A DNA stretch of 30,288 nt from Planctomycetota bacterium (GTDB taxonomy: Bacteria; Planctomycetota; PLA2; JAEUHO01). Location: positions 1-30,288 of the forward strand of contig CBDCWP010000027.1 in NCBI GenBank assembly GCA_965223505.1, in the 5' to 3' direction. The notes below the pieces were generated by a model. That model did no database searches and had not been told where the DNA came from. It worked only from the letters and a program-made list of their open reading frames with translations. Made by a program: the position numbers and the translations under genes. Below are positions 17,705 to 26,486 of the stretch, piece by piece (position 1 is the first letter of the stretch; each line of letters begins with the position of its first letter).

Positions 17705-20551
17705 CTACTTCTTCTTGCCCTTCTTGTCGTCCTTCTTCTTCTTATCGTCCTTCTTCTTCTTGTCGTCGCCTTCGTCGTCCTTGATGACGTCGACATCCTT
17801 CTTCATCAACGGCGAGAAGCGGTAGTACGTTTCGAGCGTCAGGATCGACATGCACGTCGAGAAGAGCCGCCCGCCGTTGAGCACCGTCGAGTCCGGATCC
17901 CACGATCCCACCAGCTCCGGCGGCGACTTGCGCTGCTTCTCCGGATACATGCGCTTGATCTTCTGGTTCCAGGCACGCCAGTAGCGGCCGCCCATCTGGT
18001 GCATGGCGAGCGTGCCGTAGTACCAGTAGTAGTGGTACCAAGCCACGTTCTGGTCCTGCTCGAGTCCCTCCATGCGGTCCGTCCACTGCGGCAGGAAGTC
18101 GAGCAGGAAGTTCGCGCATCCGATCTGATACGGATGGCTGCGTTTCCATCCCATGAAGAACCGGCAGACCATGCCGACCGCCGTCATCGAGACCTTCTGC
18201 GCGCCCTTCGAGTCACCGCCGTGCAGCTCGAAGTAGCTCGTGAACGACTTGAAGTAGCGACGCGATCCGACCTCGAAGTCGAAGTCCGTCGCGAGGTCCG
18301 CGGGAATCTCCTCTTCACCGGTGATGTCGAACGAGCACAGCTCCAACCAGCGGTCGATGCCGTCGAAGCTGCGTTGCGCCGGACACAGTCCCGCGAGATC
18401 CGCCGTCTTCGTCGTCATCAGGACCCAAGACGTGCATGAGGTGTCGGACTCGCTGTAGCGCGGGCCGTAGCGCCAGCCGGCGCCCGCGGTCTGCACGCGC
18501 ACCAGGTAGTCGAGACCCCACTGCGCCGGGCCCGCAAAGGCCTCGTCGCCGGAGAGCGCGAACGACTCCGTGATGCCCCAGATCGCCATCCCGATCAGGT
18601 AGGCGTAGATCCAGCTCGAGTCGCCGCCGCCCGTCACCGGGAAGCCGCCGTCGTAGAACTGCGTCGCGGCGAGGAACTCGGTCGAACGACGAATCGTCTC
18701 GCGATACTTGCCGTGCGCGCCGTTGTAGCCCGCGCCCACGAAAGCGAGCACGGCGAGACCGGTGTACGCCGGCTCGCACCCCACGACGCCGCCGAACCCC
18801 TTCTCGTTGCCGTCCCAGCTGCCGATCGCGTGCTGCTGCATCTCCATCCAGGCCAGGCCGCCCTCGACGGCGCTCTCGGTCGTCTGCGTCAGCCCGAACA
18901 AACCCTTCTCCACGGCCTCCCGCCGGTTCTCCGTCCGGTCGAACTTCTCGATCCGGGGATGGAGCGGGTTCGTCGCCGTCTCCAGCCACGCCGCCCAGCG
19001 TTTCGGCTTGCGGCCGAACCGATGTCCCGTGAGGCGCTCGAGCGCGAACTCGACCTCGCGCAACATCGCTTCGTTGTAGCCGCCGTCCTCGCCCGCGGCC
19101 GCGCCGGCCTTCAGCATGGTCTGCAGCGCCTCGTACGCCTTCGGATGGCGGATGTACCCGAGCGCGCGCACCGCGTGCAGCTCGTAGTCGCGCGACTTCT
19201 TGCCCGGCTTCGCCGTACGCGCCAGCTCCGCGACGGCCCGCTCCGGGTCGACACCCTCGAGCGCGCGCGAGGCGAACATGCGCCGGACCGGGTCCTTGTC
19301 GTACTGCGCCGTCTTCAGCACGGCCTTGAACGCGTCCTTGCACTCGAAGAGACCGCAGAGCTCCATCGCCGTCAGCGCGGTGTCTCGGTCGCTGAAGTCG
19401 ACCAACGCCGGCATGGTCGCGGCGACGCGTTCCTTCGCCGTCTCGCCGGCGCGCAGCAGGCCCTGGCGCGCCGCGTCGCGCACCTCCCAGTCGTCTTCGT
19501 CCTCGACCAAGGCGATGAACCGATTGATCACCTTGGCCGGGATCTTCAGGTCCGGCTCGAGCGTTCCGCAGCCTTTGTCATGGCCCTCGGGTTCGGCGGG
19601 CTTCGGCGCGTCCTCGTCGCCGGTCACGGCGGGCTTGTTTGCCCGGTCGTGCTCTTCCTTCAGCTTGCGCTTGCGGTCGGAATGCCACGCCAGGCGGCCG
19701 AGCGCCAGCACCGCCGCGTCGCGGTAGTCCTTCTTGGAGCTGCGGGAGAGGCCGAGCAGGACGTCGATGTCCTTCATCGACGCCAGCTCCGTGATCGCCT
19801 TCAGGCACGCCTGGCGGGTGGTCTTCTTGGGGTTGGACTCGAGGACGTGGATGAACGAGCCGAGCCCGCCTTCCCAGCCCATGCGCGAGAGCGCCCAGAT
19901 GGCGTACAGCCCCGCGTAGTCGCCGCGGTCCCGGCGCGCCATCGACTCGATGAGCGGCCCGAACTGCTTGAGTCCCAACCGGCCGGCGGCCGAGCACGCC
20001 GCGCACTTCACCTCTTCGGTGCGCCCCTTCTTGAGCGCGCCCTCGATCGACTTGAGAACGGTCTTCAGCTCCTTCTTCGGGTCACCCGACGGGCGGATCG
20101 AACCGCACATGAAGAGCGCTTCGGCCTGCACCTCCGGCTCCCGGCGTCCGGATGCGAGATATCCGAGGTGCTTGTCGAGCGACGGGTCGCCCCAGCCGCC
20201 GAGTACGCGTGCGAGGTTGGCCTGCTTCGCGCCGTCCTTCGCCTTGAGCTGCTTGTCGAGGAACTTCTTGAACTTCTTGTCCTTCAGCGCCGCGCGCCCG
20301 CACTCGACCAACGCGTCGCCGCACGCGACCGCGATGTGCGGATTCTTGGTGTCGATCCCGGTCTCGAGCAGCGGTAGCGCGGCTTCCTCGGCGCCCGCCT
20401 TGCGCGCGCGCTCGATGGCGGCGTAGAGGTCGACGACGTTGCCCGTGCTGAAGCGCTTGCGCCACTTCTCGGCGGTGGCGTCCACGGGTCCCGCGGGCAG
20501 GGAGATGAGCAGGAGCGCGAAGACGCAGCCGAACAGCAGGGGGAGCCGCAA
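17705..20551 (-). CDS. Exported HEAT-repeat + prenyltransferase/squalene-oxidase (QW) repeat (alpha/alpha)-barrel protein, ~948 aa
   Basis: TTG start 7 nt after GGAGG (the ATG at 20578 is an alternative) and a signal peptide. HEAT-like units (EVKCAACSAAGRLG, YRDAAVLALGRL, WEVRDAARQGL). C-terminal QQHAIGSW, QFYDGGF, QTAGAGWRY, DTSCTSW, YYWYYGTLAM, LTLETYYR. Lys/Asp tail. Confidence 0.85.
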   Translation of the reverse strand: MRLPLLFGCVFALLLISLPAGPVDATAEKWRKRFSTGNVVDLYAAIERARKAGAEEAALPLLETGIDTKNPHIAVACGDALVECGRAALKDKKFKKFLDKQLKAKDGAKQANLARVLGGWGDPSLDKHLGYLASGRREPEVQAEALFMCGSIRPSGDPKKELKTVLKSIEGALKKGRTEEVKCAACSAAGRLGLKQFGPLIESMARRDRGDYAGLYAIWALSRMGWEGGLGSFIHVLESNPKKTTRQACLKAITELASMKDIDVLLGLSRSSKKDYRDAAVLALGRLAWHSDRKRKLKEEHDRANKPAVTGDEDAPKPAEPEGHDKGCGTLEPDLKIPAKVINRFIALVEDEDDWEVRDAARQGLLRAGETAKERVAATMPALVDFSDRDTALTAMELCGLFECKDAFKAVLKTAQYDKDPVRRMFASRALEGVDPERAVAELARTAKPGKKSRDYELHAVRALGYIRHPKAYEALQTMLKAGAAAGEDGGYNEAMLREVEFALERLTGHRFGRKPKRWAAWLETATNPLHPRIEKFDRTENRREAVEKGLFGLTQTTESAVEGGLAWMEMQQHAIGSWDGNEKGFGGVVGCEPAYTGLAVLAFVGAGYNGAHGKYRETIRRSTEFLAATQFYDGGFPVTGGGDSSWIYAYLIGMAIWGITESFALSGDEAFAGPAQWGLDYLVRVQTAGAGWRYGPRYSESDTSCTSWVLMTTKTADLAGLCPAQRSFDGIDRWLELCSFDITGEEEIPADLATDFDFEVGSRRYFKSFTSYFELHGGDSKGAQKVSMTAVGMVCRFFMGWKRSHPYQIGCANFLLDFLPQWTDRMEGLEQDQNVAWYHYYWYYGTLAMHQMGGRYWRAWNQKIKRMYPEKQRKSPPELVGSWDPDSTVLNGGRLFSTCMSILTLETYYRFSPLMKKDVDVIKDDEGDDKKKKDDKKKKDDKKGKKK
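17721..17767. repeat. 18-bp tandem repeat encoding the (DDKKKK)n C-terminal tail
   Basis: TCGTCCTTCTTCTTCTT(A/G) at 17727-17744 and 17745-17762, plus partial flanks. Confidence 0.8.
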
Positions 20552-20784
20552 AGGGAAACCTCCGGGGAACCGGGGCATTCTACGGGTGGGAACGTGCGGC
20601 GGGAGTGCTGGGGATCGCGGTTCCCCGGACTTTCGCCGGACGATTGGACGGCTTCGAGCCCCGCGCCGACCGGTCCGGCGCCCCACCCCGCGGCGGGGAC
20701 CAGGCGGATCGGCGCCGCCATCGGCGCGACGAGCAGATTCCGTAGAGGCCGACCGATCCAAGCCGCTGCGTGGAAGGCAGTTGC

Positions 20785-20825
20785 GTCTTCACCAAAGTCT
20801 CATGAGGCCGATATCCGAGGTTCAT
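20785..20825 (+). promoter_or_regulatory. Putative Pho box upstream of pstS
   Basis: TCA cores at 20789, 20800 and 20822 (11-bp phase): GTCTTCAC-CAAAG-TCTCAT ... GTTCAT. The same GTCTTCAC occurs upstream of phoU. Confidence 0.55.
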
Positions 20826-20858
20826 CCGCCCTTGCTCCACTCTCGAGCGCGAGGCGGG
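20814..20858 (+). promoter_or_regulatory. Leader element copy 2 (TCCGAGGTTCA + hairpin)
   Basis: TCCGAGGTTCATCCG followed by a stem CCG/CCTTGC...GCGAGG/CGG, with the same geometry as 15472-15518. Confidence 0.5.
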
Positions 20859-20916
20859 GTTCGGACCGAGATCGCTCCGAGGCGCTGCGCGCATTCCATC
20901 CACGGAGGCGGAGTCC

Positions 20917-21909
20917 ATGATGATCAAGAAACGACTGGTGATGACGGCGGTGATCCTGTTCACGGCGGCCGGCATCGTGTCGGCCGACGGCGTGAAGGTC
21001 GACGCCGAACTTCCGAGATACACGCCCGGTGAGGGCGTCTCGGGCAGCATCAAGAGCGTCGGCTCGGACACCATGAACAACCTCATGACGTTCTGGGCCG
21101 AGCAGTTCAAGCGCTACTACCCGCGCGTCTCGATCGAGATCGAGGGCAAGGGCTCCTCGACCGCGCCGCCCGCCCTCATCGAAGGCACCGCGACGTTCGG
21201 TCCGATGAGCCGCAAGATGAAGAGCAAGGAGATGGACAAGTTCGTCGCCAAGTTCGGCTACAAGGCGACGCAGCTCCGTACCAGCATCGACATGCTCGCG
21301 GTCTACGTGCACAAGGACAACCCGATCAAGGGCCTGACGATGCAGCAGGTCGACGCGATCTTCTCGAAGACGCGCAAGGGGGGCTACGCCAAGGACATCA
21401 AGACCTGGGGCGATCTCGGCCTCACGGGTGCCTGGGCCAACCGTCCGATCACGCTCTACGGCCGCAACTCGGCGTCGGGAACCTACGGCTACTTCAAGAA
21501 GCACGGGCTCTTCAAGGGCGACTACAAGGACACGGTCAAGGAACAGCCCGGAAGCTCTGCGGTCGTCACCAGCTGCGCGAACGACCTCGGCGGCATCGGC
21601 TACAGCGGCATCGGCTACAAGACGGCCGACGTTCGCGCCGTTCCGCTGGGTTCCCGTCCCGGGCAGTTCGTGGCGGCGATCCCGGACAATGCGTACTCCG
21701 GCAAGTACCCGCTGGCGCGTTTTCTCTGGCTCACGGTCAACTACAAGCCCGGCAGCCGCCTCGAGCCGCTGCGCGCGGAGTTCCTGAAGCTCATCTTCAG
21801 CTACGAGGGCCAGGAGGTCGTGGCCAAGGACGGGTACTTCCCGGTGCCGGCCGCCATCGCACGCGCCGAGCTCGACAAGGTCGGACTCGGTTCGCCGACC
21901 GGCATGTAG
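20917..21909 (+). CDS. pstS: Phosphate ABC transporter substrate-binding protein
   Basis: Signal peptide, GSDTM, GKGSSTA, PMSR, GRNSASGTYGYF, GIGYSGIGY, YPLAR. First gene of the pst operon. Confidence 0.96.
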   Translation: MMIKKRLVMTAVILFTAAGIVSADGVKVDAELPRYTPGEGVSGSIKSVGSDTMNNLMTFWAEQFKRYYPRVSIEIEGKGSSTAPPALIEGTATFGPMSRKMKSKEMDKFVAKFGYKATQLRTSIDMLAVYVHKDNPIKGLTMQQVDAIFSKTRKGGYAKDIKTWGDLGLTGAWANRPITLYGRNSASGTYGYFKKHGLFKGDYKDTVKEQPGSSAVVTSCANDLGGIGYSGIGYKTADVRAVPLGSRPGQFVAAIPDNAYSGKYPLARFLWLTVNYKPGSRLEPLRAEFLKLIFSYEGQEVVAKDGYFPVPAAIARAELDKVGLGSPTGM

Positions 21910-22011
21910 AAGCACCGTCGACGCGCCTGGCCCGCCATGAGGGGCGTCGATCGCAGTCCGTGGATCCCGGTCTCGAATTCTGCCTGCAGCCTCTACGGAC
22001 TGTCTTCCCAC

Positions 22012-22041
22012 GGGTGCCGGGGGCTTCGGCCGCCGGCGCCC
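22012..22041 (+). terminator. GC-rich hairpin with cUUCGg tetraloop between pstS and pstC (mRNA stabiliser or partial terminator)
   Basis: GGGTGCCGG-G-GGC-TTCG-GCC-G-CCGGCGCCC, followed by only a weak pyrimidine tract (ACTTCT). Confidence 0.55.
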
Positions 22042-22101
22042 ACTTCTCGATGAGTGGACTCATGACACGCATCCGTTTCGGTGCCCGGACGGCTTCTCCC
22101 C

Positions 22102-24747
22102 ATGGCTGACACGACATTCACCGGGATCGAGCGTCGCCGAACGACGCCCAGACGGGTGCGCGTTGCCGAGATCGTGTCCCGAGCGTTCATCACGATGGGT
22201 GGTCTCGGCACGATCGTCGCGGTCGTGTTGATCTTCGCGTTCCTGCTCTGGGTCGTCGTCCCTCTCTTCGAGGACGCCCACGCGAGCAAGCTTCCGTTCG
22301 TCGCGGTCGAGAACGAGGTGGCGCCGATCATCGCAACCGGGGTGGACGACGGCCAGCTCATGGCCTGGACCCTGCGCTCGAACGGCGTCTTGGTCGTTCG
22401 CCGACTGTCGGACGGGACGGAACTTCAGCGACGCTCTCTCTTCGGGCAGGGGCAGCCGACGAGCTGGTCGTTCTCGACGTACGACAGCGAGGCGACGGGG
22501 TGGGATCCGGAGAACCAGGTTCCGACGTGCGCGTTCGGCTTCGCGGACGGGACGCTGCGCAAAGGCATCATTCGGTTCCGTACCGAGTTCTTGAAGCCCG
22601 ATGCCGTCTCCGACGAGGCCCGGACGCTGCGACCCGGCGGTTCGACGCGGCACGAATCCGGCATGGTGCAGATGACGTCGCAGCTGCAGCTCCGCTACGA
22701 CTTCCTCGGCGTATGGATCGACGAGCCGGTGAAGATCGCGAACGGTGCGATCGAGATGCTCGACTATTCCGTGACGCCCGGCGGGACGGCGTACGGATTC
22801 TACTCGGCCGACGGCAAGCTCTCGATCTCCAGCATCGACAAGCGTCACAACTTCCTGACGGATACGATGGAGTACGAGACGGTCGAGAAGCCGCTCGAGT
22901 ACGACCCGCCGGAGGGACGGGGCGCCCCGGCATTCCTGAAGCTGTCGGGCATCGGAAACACGCTGTTCCTGATCTGGCGCGACGGGCTCATGTTGCGTTT
23001 CGATGCGAGGGACGAGGTGCTTGCCGACGCGCGAGACCTCGAGGTCGTCGAAGACGTGCTTCTGTTCGGTGAGAACGGCGACCGCGTCGTCGATCGTGTG
23101 CAGTTCCTGGTCGGAAAGTCGACGCTGATGGTCGCCGACGAGCAGGGCGAGCTGAGCGCGTGGTTCGCGACCCGCCCGTCGGGCGCGTACCCGCGCGACG
23201 GGATTGTCATGGCCGCCGGCCATACGCTGCGAGCCCACGACGCGTTTCCGCTCCGAACGACGTTCATGGCGCCGTCGCGTCGTAGCCGGATGCTGGGTGT
23301 CGGCTACGAGGACGGGTCGGTTCGGCTCTACCACGTGACGACGAAGCAGGAGCTGCTCGCGGTCGCGACCGACAAGGCGGAGCCTGTCCTCGGCTTGGCA
23401 ATGGCCCCGAAGGAGGACGGTCTGATCGCGTGGACGCGGAGCGGCATGCAACGCTGGCACGTCGACCCCGGCCACCCGGAGGCGACCTGGGGCTCGCTCT
23501 TCACGCCGGTGTGGTACGAGGGCAACGTAGACGCCGAGCACGACTGGGAGGCGGAAGGCGGCTCGGACGACTTCGAGCCCAAGCTCGGCCTGGTCAAGCT
23601 CGTCTTCGGCACGCTGAAGGCCACCCTCTACGCGATGCTCATCGCCGCGCCCATCGCGCTGCTGGGCGCGATCTTCACCAGTGAGTTCCTCGAGCCGAGG
23701 CTGCGCGCGCCGATCAAGTCCGTGATCGAGATGATGGCCAGCCTGCCGAGCGTCGTTCTCGGTTTCCTGGCTGCGATCGTACTCGCGCCCTTCGTCGAGG
23801 ACGTCCTCGTGACGGTGCTCTGCTGTTTCCTCACCGTCCCGTTGACGATCGTTCTCGGAGCGCGGCTCTGGCAGTTCCTGCCGACGCGCATCGCGATCCG
23901 GCTGAGCGGACTGCCGCGTTTCTTCGCCATCGCCGCGACGCTGCCGCTCGGCCTGTGGTTCGCGTCGCTGGTCGCGCCGGCCGCCGAAGGCGCCTTCTTC
24001 GCGGGAGACGTCATGGCATGGTTGAGCGGCGAACGCGGCTCGTCGTCCGGTGGCTGGACGTTCCTCTTCATCCCCTTCGGACTCTGCGCGACGGGATTCG
24101 CCGTAGCACGCTTTGCCGGCCCCTGGCTGCGTCGGGTGTCGTTGTCGTGGAGCCGCGCACAGTGTGCCCTGATCGACGTGGCCCGATTCGCGTTCGTCCT
24201 GGTGGGCGGCGTCCTCGTTGCCTGGTTGCTGGGGCAAGCGCTGGGCGGCACCGATCCCCGCGGCGGCGTCGTCGGCAAGTACGAGCCCCGCAACGCGATG
24301 ATCGTCGGATTCGTCATGGGATTCGCGATCGTGCCGATCATCTACACCCTCGCGGAAGACGCGTTGTCGAGCGTACCCAACCAGCTTCGCGAGGGGTCGT
24401 TGGGATGCGGCGCCACGCCGTGGCAGACCGCGCTGCGGATCGTCGTACCGACCGCGACCAGCGGCATCTTCTCGGCGCTCATGATCGGTCTCGGCCGGGC
24501 CGTGGGCGAGACGATGATCGTGCTCATGGCGGCCGGAAACACGGCCATTCTCGACTTGAACATCTTCAACGGCTTCCGAACCCTCTCGGCGAACATCGCC
24601 GTCGAGCTGCCCGAAGCCGTGAAGGACAGCACGCACTATCGCATCCTGTTCCTCTCGGGCCTGGTGCTGTTTGCGATGACGTTCGGGATCAACACGGTGG
24701 CGGAAATCGTCCGGCGCCGGTTCCGCAAACGGTTCGCGGACCTGTAG
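22102..24747 (+). CDS. pstC: Phosphate ABC transporter permease PstC, long form with a large periplasmic beta-propeller-like domain, ~881 aa
   Basis: GTLKA..APIALLGAIFTSEF..IEMMASLPSVVLGF, EDALSSVP..REGSLGCGATPWQT, GRAVGETMIVLMAAGN, RTLSANIAVELPE. Confidence 0.93.
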   Translation: MADTTFTGIERRRTTPRRVRVAEIVSRAFITMGGLGTIVAVVLIFAFLLWVVVPLFEDAHASKLPFVAVENEVAPIIATGVDDGQLMAWTLRSNGVLVVRRLSDGTELQRRSLFGQGQPTSWSFSTYDSEATGWDPENQVPTCAFGFADGTLRKGIIRFRTEFLKPDAVSDEARTLRPGGSTRHESGMVQMTSQLQLRYDFLGVWIDEPVKIANGAIEMLDYSVTPGGTAYGFYSADGKLSISSIDKRHNFLTDTMEYETVEKPLEYDPPEGRGAPAFLKLSGIGNTLFLIWRDGLMLRFDARDEVLADARDLEVVEDVLLFGENGDRVVDRVQFLVGKSTLMVADEQGELSAWFATRPSGAYPRDGIVMAAGHTLRAHDAFPLRTTFMAPSRRSRMLGVGYEDGSVRLYHVTTKQELLAVATDKAEPVLGLAMAPKEDGLIAWTRSGMQRWHVDPGHPEATWGSLFTPVWYEGNVDAEHDWEAEGGSDDFEPKLGLVKLVFGTLKATLYAMLIAAPIALLGAIFTSEFLEPRLRAPIKSVIEMMASLPSVVLGFLAAIVLAPFVEDVLVTVLCCFLTVPLTIVLGARLWQFLPTRIAIRLSGLPRFFAIAATLPLGLWFASLVAPAAEGAFFAGDVMAWLSGERGSSSGGWTFLFIPFGLCATGFAVARFAGPWLRRVSLSWSRAQCALIDVARFAFVLVGGVLVAWLLGQALGGTDPRGGVVGKYEPRNAMIVGFVMGFAIVPIIYTLAEDALSSVPNQLREGSLGCGATPWQTALRIVVPTATSGIFSALMIGLGRAVGETMIVLMAAGNTAILDLNIFNGFRTLSANIAVELPEAVKDSTHYRILFLSGLVLFAMTFGINTVAEIVRRRFRKRFADL

Positions 24748-24755
24748 GAGGGGCG

Positions 24756-26486
24756 ATGGCGAAGACCGAACAGCCCCGGCCCCCCAGGCCGATCAAGCGC
24801 AAGTCGTCCTTGTTCGCGCGCGGCGAGCCGATGGTGTGGCTCACCGGCGGCGCGCTCGTGCTGGCCATCGCGATGATCGTCGGATTGCTGTGGCTCGTTA
24901 CGGTTCGCGGCGGCATGGCGTTCTGGCCGCAAGAGCTGAAGCAGGTCGAGCGTGTGGACGGCCGCGTGATTCTCGGAGAGTTGACGAAGACCGAGACGTA
25001 CCGGCCCGAAGCGCACGTCTTCGACGCGATTCCCGACGAAGCGGATCGCGCGAAGGCACGAGCACTCGTCGACGGCAACGACGGCAGAAGCGAACGCCGC
25101 TTCATTCGCACCGGGAACCGAAGCCCGGAAAACCGCGAGGACTTTCTCTGGGTCAGCGACTTCGAGGTTCGAAGCGAGAGCTTCCCCGAGTGGGCGTTGA
25201 CGATCGAGCGAACGGAATGGGGACGTTTCTACGGGATTCCCAAGGCGTTTCTCGTCGGTTCGGACCGCGCGGCCGAGGGGCCCGAGGCGACCTGGGACCT
25301 GTTCGAAAAGCACCACGAGGAAGCCGTGGGGCAATGGGCCGAGGCCCAGGAAATCGAGAAGGAACAGATCGGGGATCTCGACGAAGAGATCGAGCAGGCG
25401 CGTTTGGCGGCGATCGGCGCGGCGCTCAAGCACGGCGAAGGCTCGCCCGAGCACGAGCGGGCGAAGGCGGCCGCGGTGGGCGTCGAGGACCGGCTGCGAC
25501 CGCGTCGCGACGAGCTGCGCGCGACCGTCGAGCGCATGCGCGCCGAGAGTGCCAAGTACCGGCTGCTCGTAGCGGATGGCGGCGGCGTCGAGCACGAGAT
25601 TCGTCTCGTGGACGTCGTTCGAGCGTATCCGGCGAACCGAGCCGAGTTCTGGGACAACGTCGGCGTCTACCTGGCACGTTGGTGGGAGTTTCTCAGTGAG
25701 GATCCGCGCGAGGCCAACAACGAAGGCGGTGTTTGGCCTGCGATCTTCGGAACGATCGTCCTGACGATGATCATGACGCTCATGGTCGTACCGTTCGGCG
25801 TGCTGGGCGCGCTGTATCTGCGCGAGTACGCGAAGCAAGGTACGCTCGTGAGCCTCGTTCGCATCGCGGTGAACAATCTCGCGGGCGTCCCGAGCATCGT
25901 GTTCGGCGTCTTCGGTTTCGGCTTCTTCTGCTACACGATCGGTGCCGGCATCGACGAGATCTTCTTCGCGGAGCGCCTACCGCAGCCGACCTACGGCACC
26001 GGCGGCATCCTCTGGGCGTCCCTGACCTTGGCTCTGCTCACCCTGCCGGTCGTCGTCGTCGCGACCGAGGAGGCGCTCGCCGCCGTGCCGAACTCGATGC
26101 GCGAAGGCTCGTACGCATGCGGCGCGAGCAAGTGGCAGACGATTCGGCGCATCGTCCTGCCGCGCGCCATGCCGGGCATCATGACCGGCATGATCCTCGC
26201 CATCGCGCGCGGCGCGGGCGAGGTGGCTCCGATCATGCTCGTCGGCGCCGCCAAGATGGCGCCCGACCTGCCCGTGGACGGAGAGTTCCCGTTCGTTCAC
26301 CCGGAGCGCAGCTTCATGCACCTCGGGTTCCACATCTACGACCTGGGCTTCCAGAGCCCGAACGCGAAGGCGGCCGAGCCGTTGGTCTTCACGACGACGT
26401 TCCTGCTGATCGGCATCGTCGTTGTTCTGAACATCGTGGCGATCTGGATTCGGGGCCGGCTGCGGCGGGCGTTTGTCGAGGGCTGA
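24756..26486 (+). CDS. pstA: Phosphate ABC transporter permease PstA, long form with a periplasmic coiled-coil domain, 576 aa
   Basis: ATG after [65 protein letters not shown]. Confidence 0.95.
   Translation: MAKTEQPRPPRPIKRKSSLFARGEPMVWLTGGALVLAIAMIVGLLWLVTVRGGMAFWPQELKQVERVDGRVILGELTKTETYRPEAHVFDAIPDEADRAKARALVDGNDGRSERRFIRTGNRSPENREDFLWVSDFEVRSESFPEWALTIERTEWGRFYGIPKAFLVGSDRAAEGPEATWDLFEKHHEEAVGQWAEAQEIEKEQIGDLDEEIEQARLAAIGAALKHGEGSPEHERAKAAAVGVEDRLRPRRDELRATVERMRAESAKYRLLVADGGGVEHEIRLVDVVRAYPANRAEFWDNVGVYLARWWEFLSEDPREANNEGGVWPAIFGTIVLTMIMTLMVVPFGVLGALYLREYAKQGTLVSLVRIAVNNLAGVPSIVFGVFGFGFFCYTIGAGIDEIFFAERLPQPTYGTGGILWASLTLALLTLPVVVVATEEALAAVPNSMREGSYACGASKWQTIRRIVLPRAMPGIMTGMILAIARGAGEVAPIMLVGAAKMAPDLPVDGEFPFVHPERSFMHLGFHIYDLGFQSPNAKAAEPLVFTTTFLLIGIVVVLNIVAIWIRGRLRRAFVEG

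Noticed and set aside
17780..18900. Calling the QW-repeat protein a squalene-hopene cyclase
   Set aside because: It has a single barrel, no DxDD motif, a signal peptide and a HEAT fusion, and no hopanoid genes are nearby.
20771..20784. TGGAAGGCAGTTGC as a sigma-54 promoter for pstS
   Set aside because: The GG-to-GC spacing is 9 nt; sigma-54 requires 10.
21917..21990. Cluster of SalI, BamHI, EcoRI and PstI sites resembling a polylinker
   Set aside because: The spacing matches no vector MCS I recognise, the flanks are native pst genes, and such sites are common in GC-rich DNA.
5398..24636. Many long alternative-frame or antisense ORFs (e.g. 5398-7866, 7878-10091, 9551-11674, 12021-13871, 22060-24636)
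   Set aside because: They overlap well-supported genes, are Arg/Ala/Gly-rich and have no motifs. These are typical high-GC shadow ORFs.
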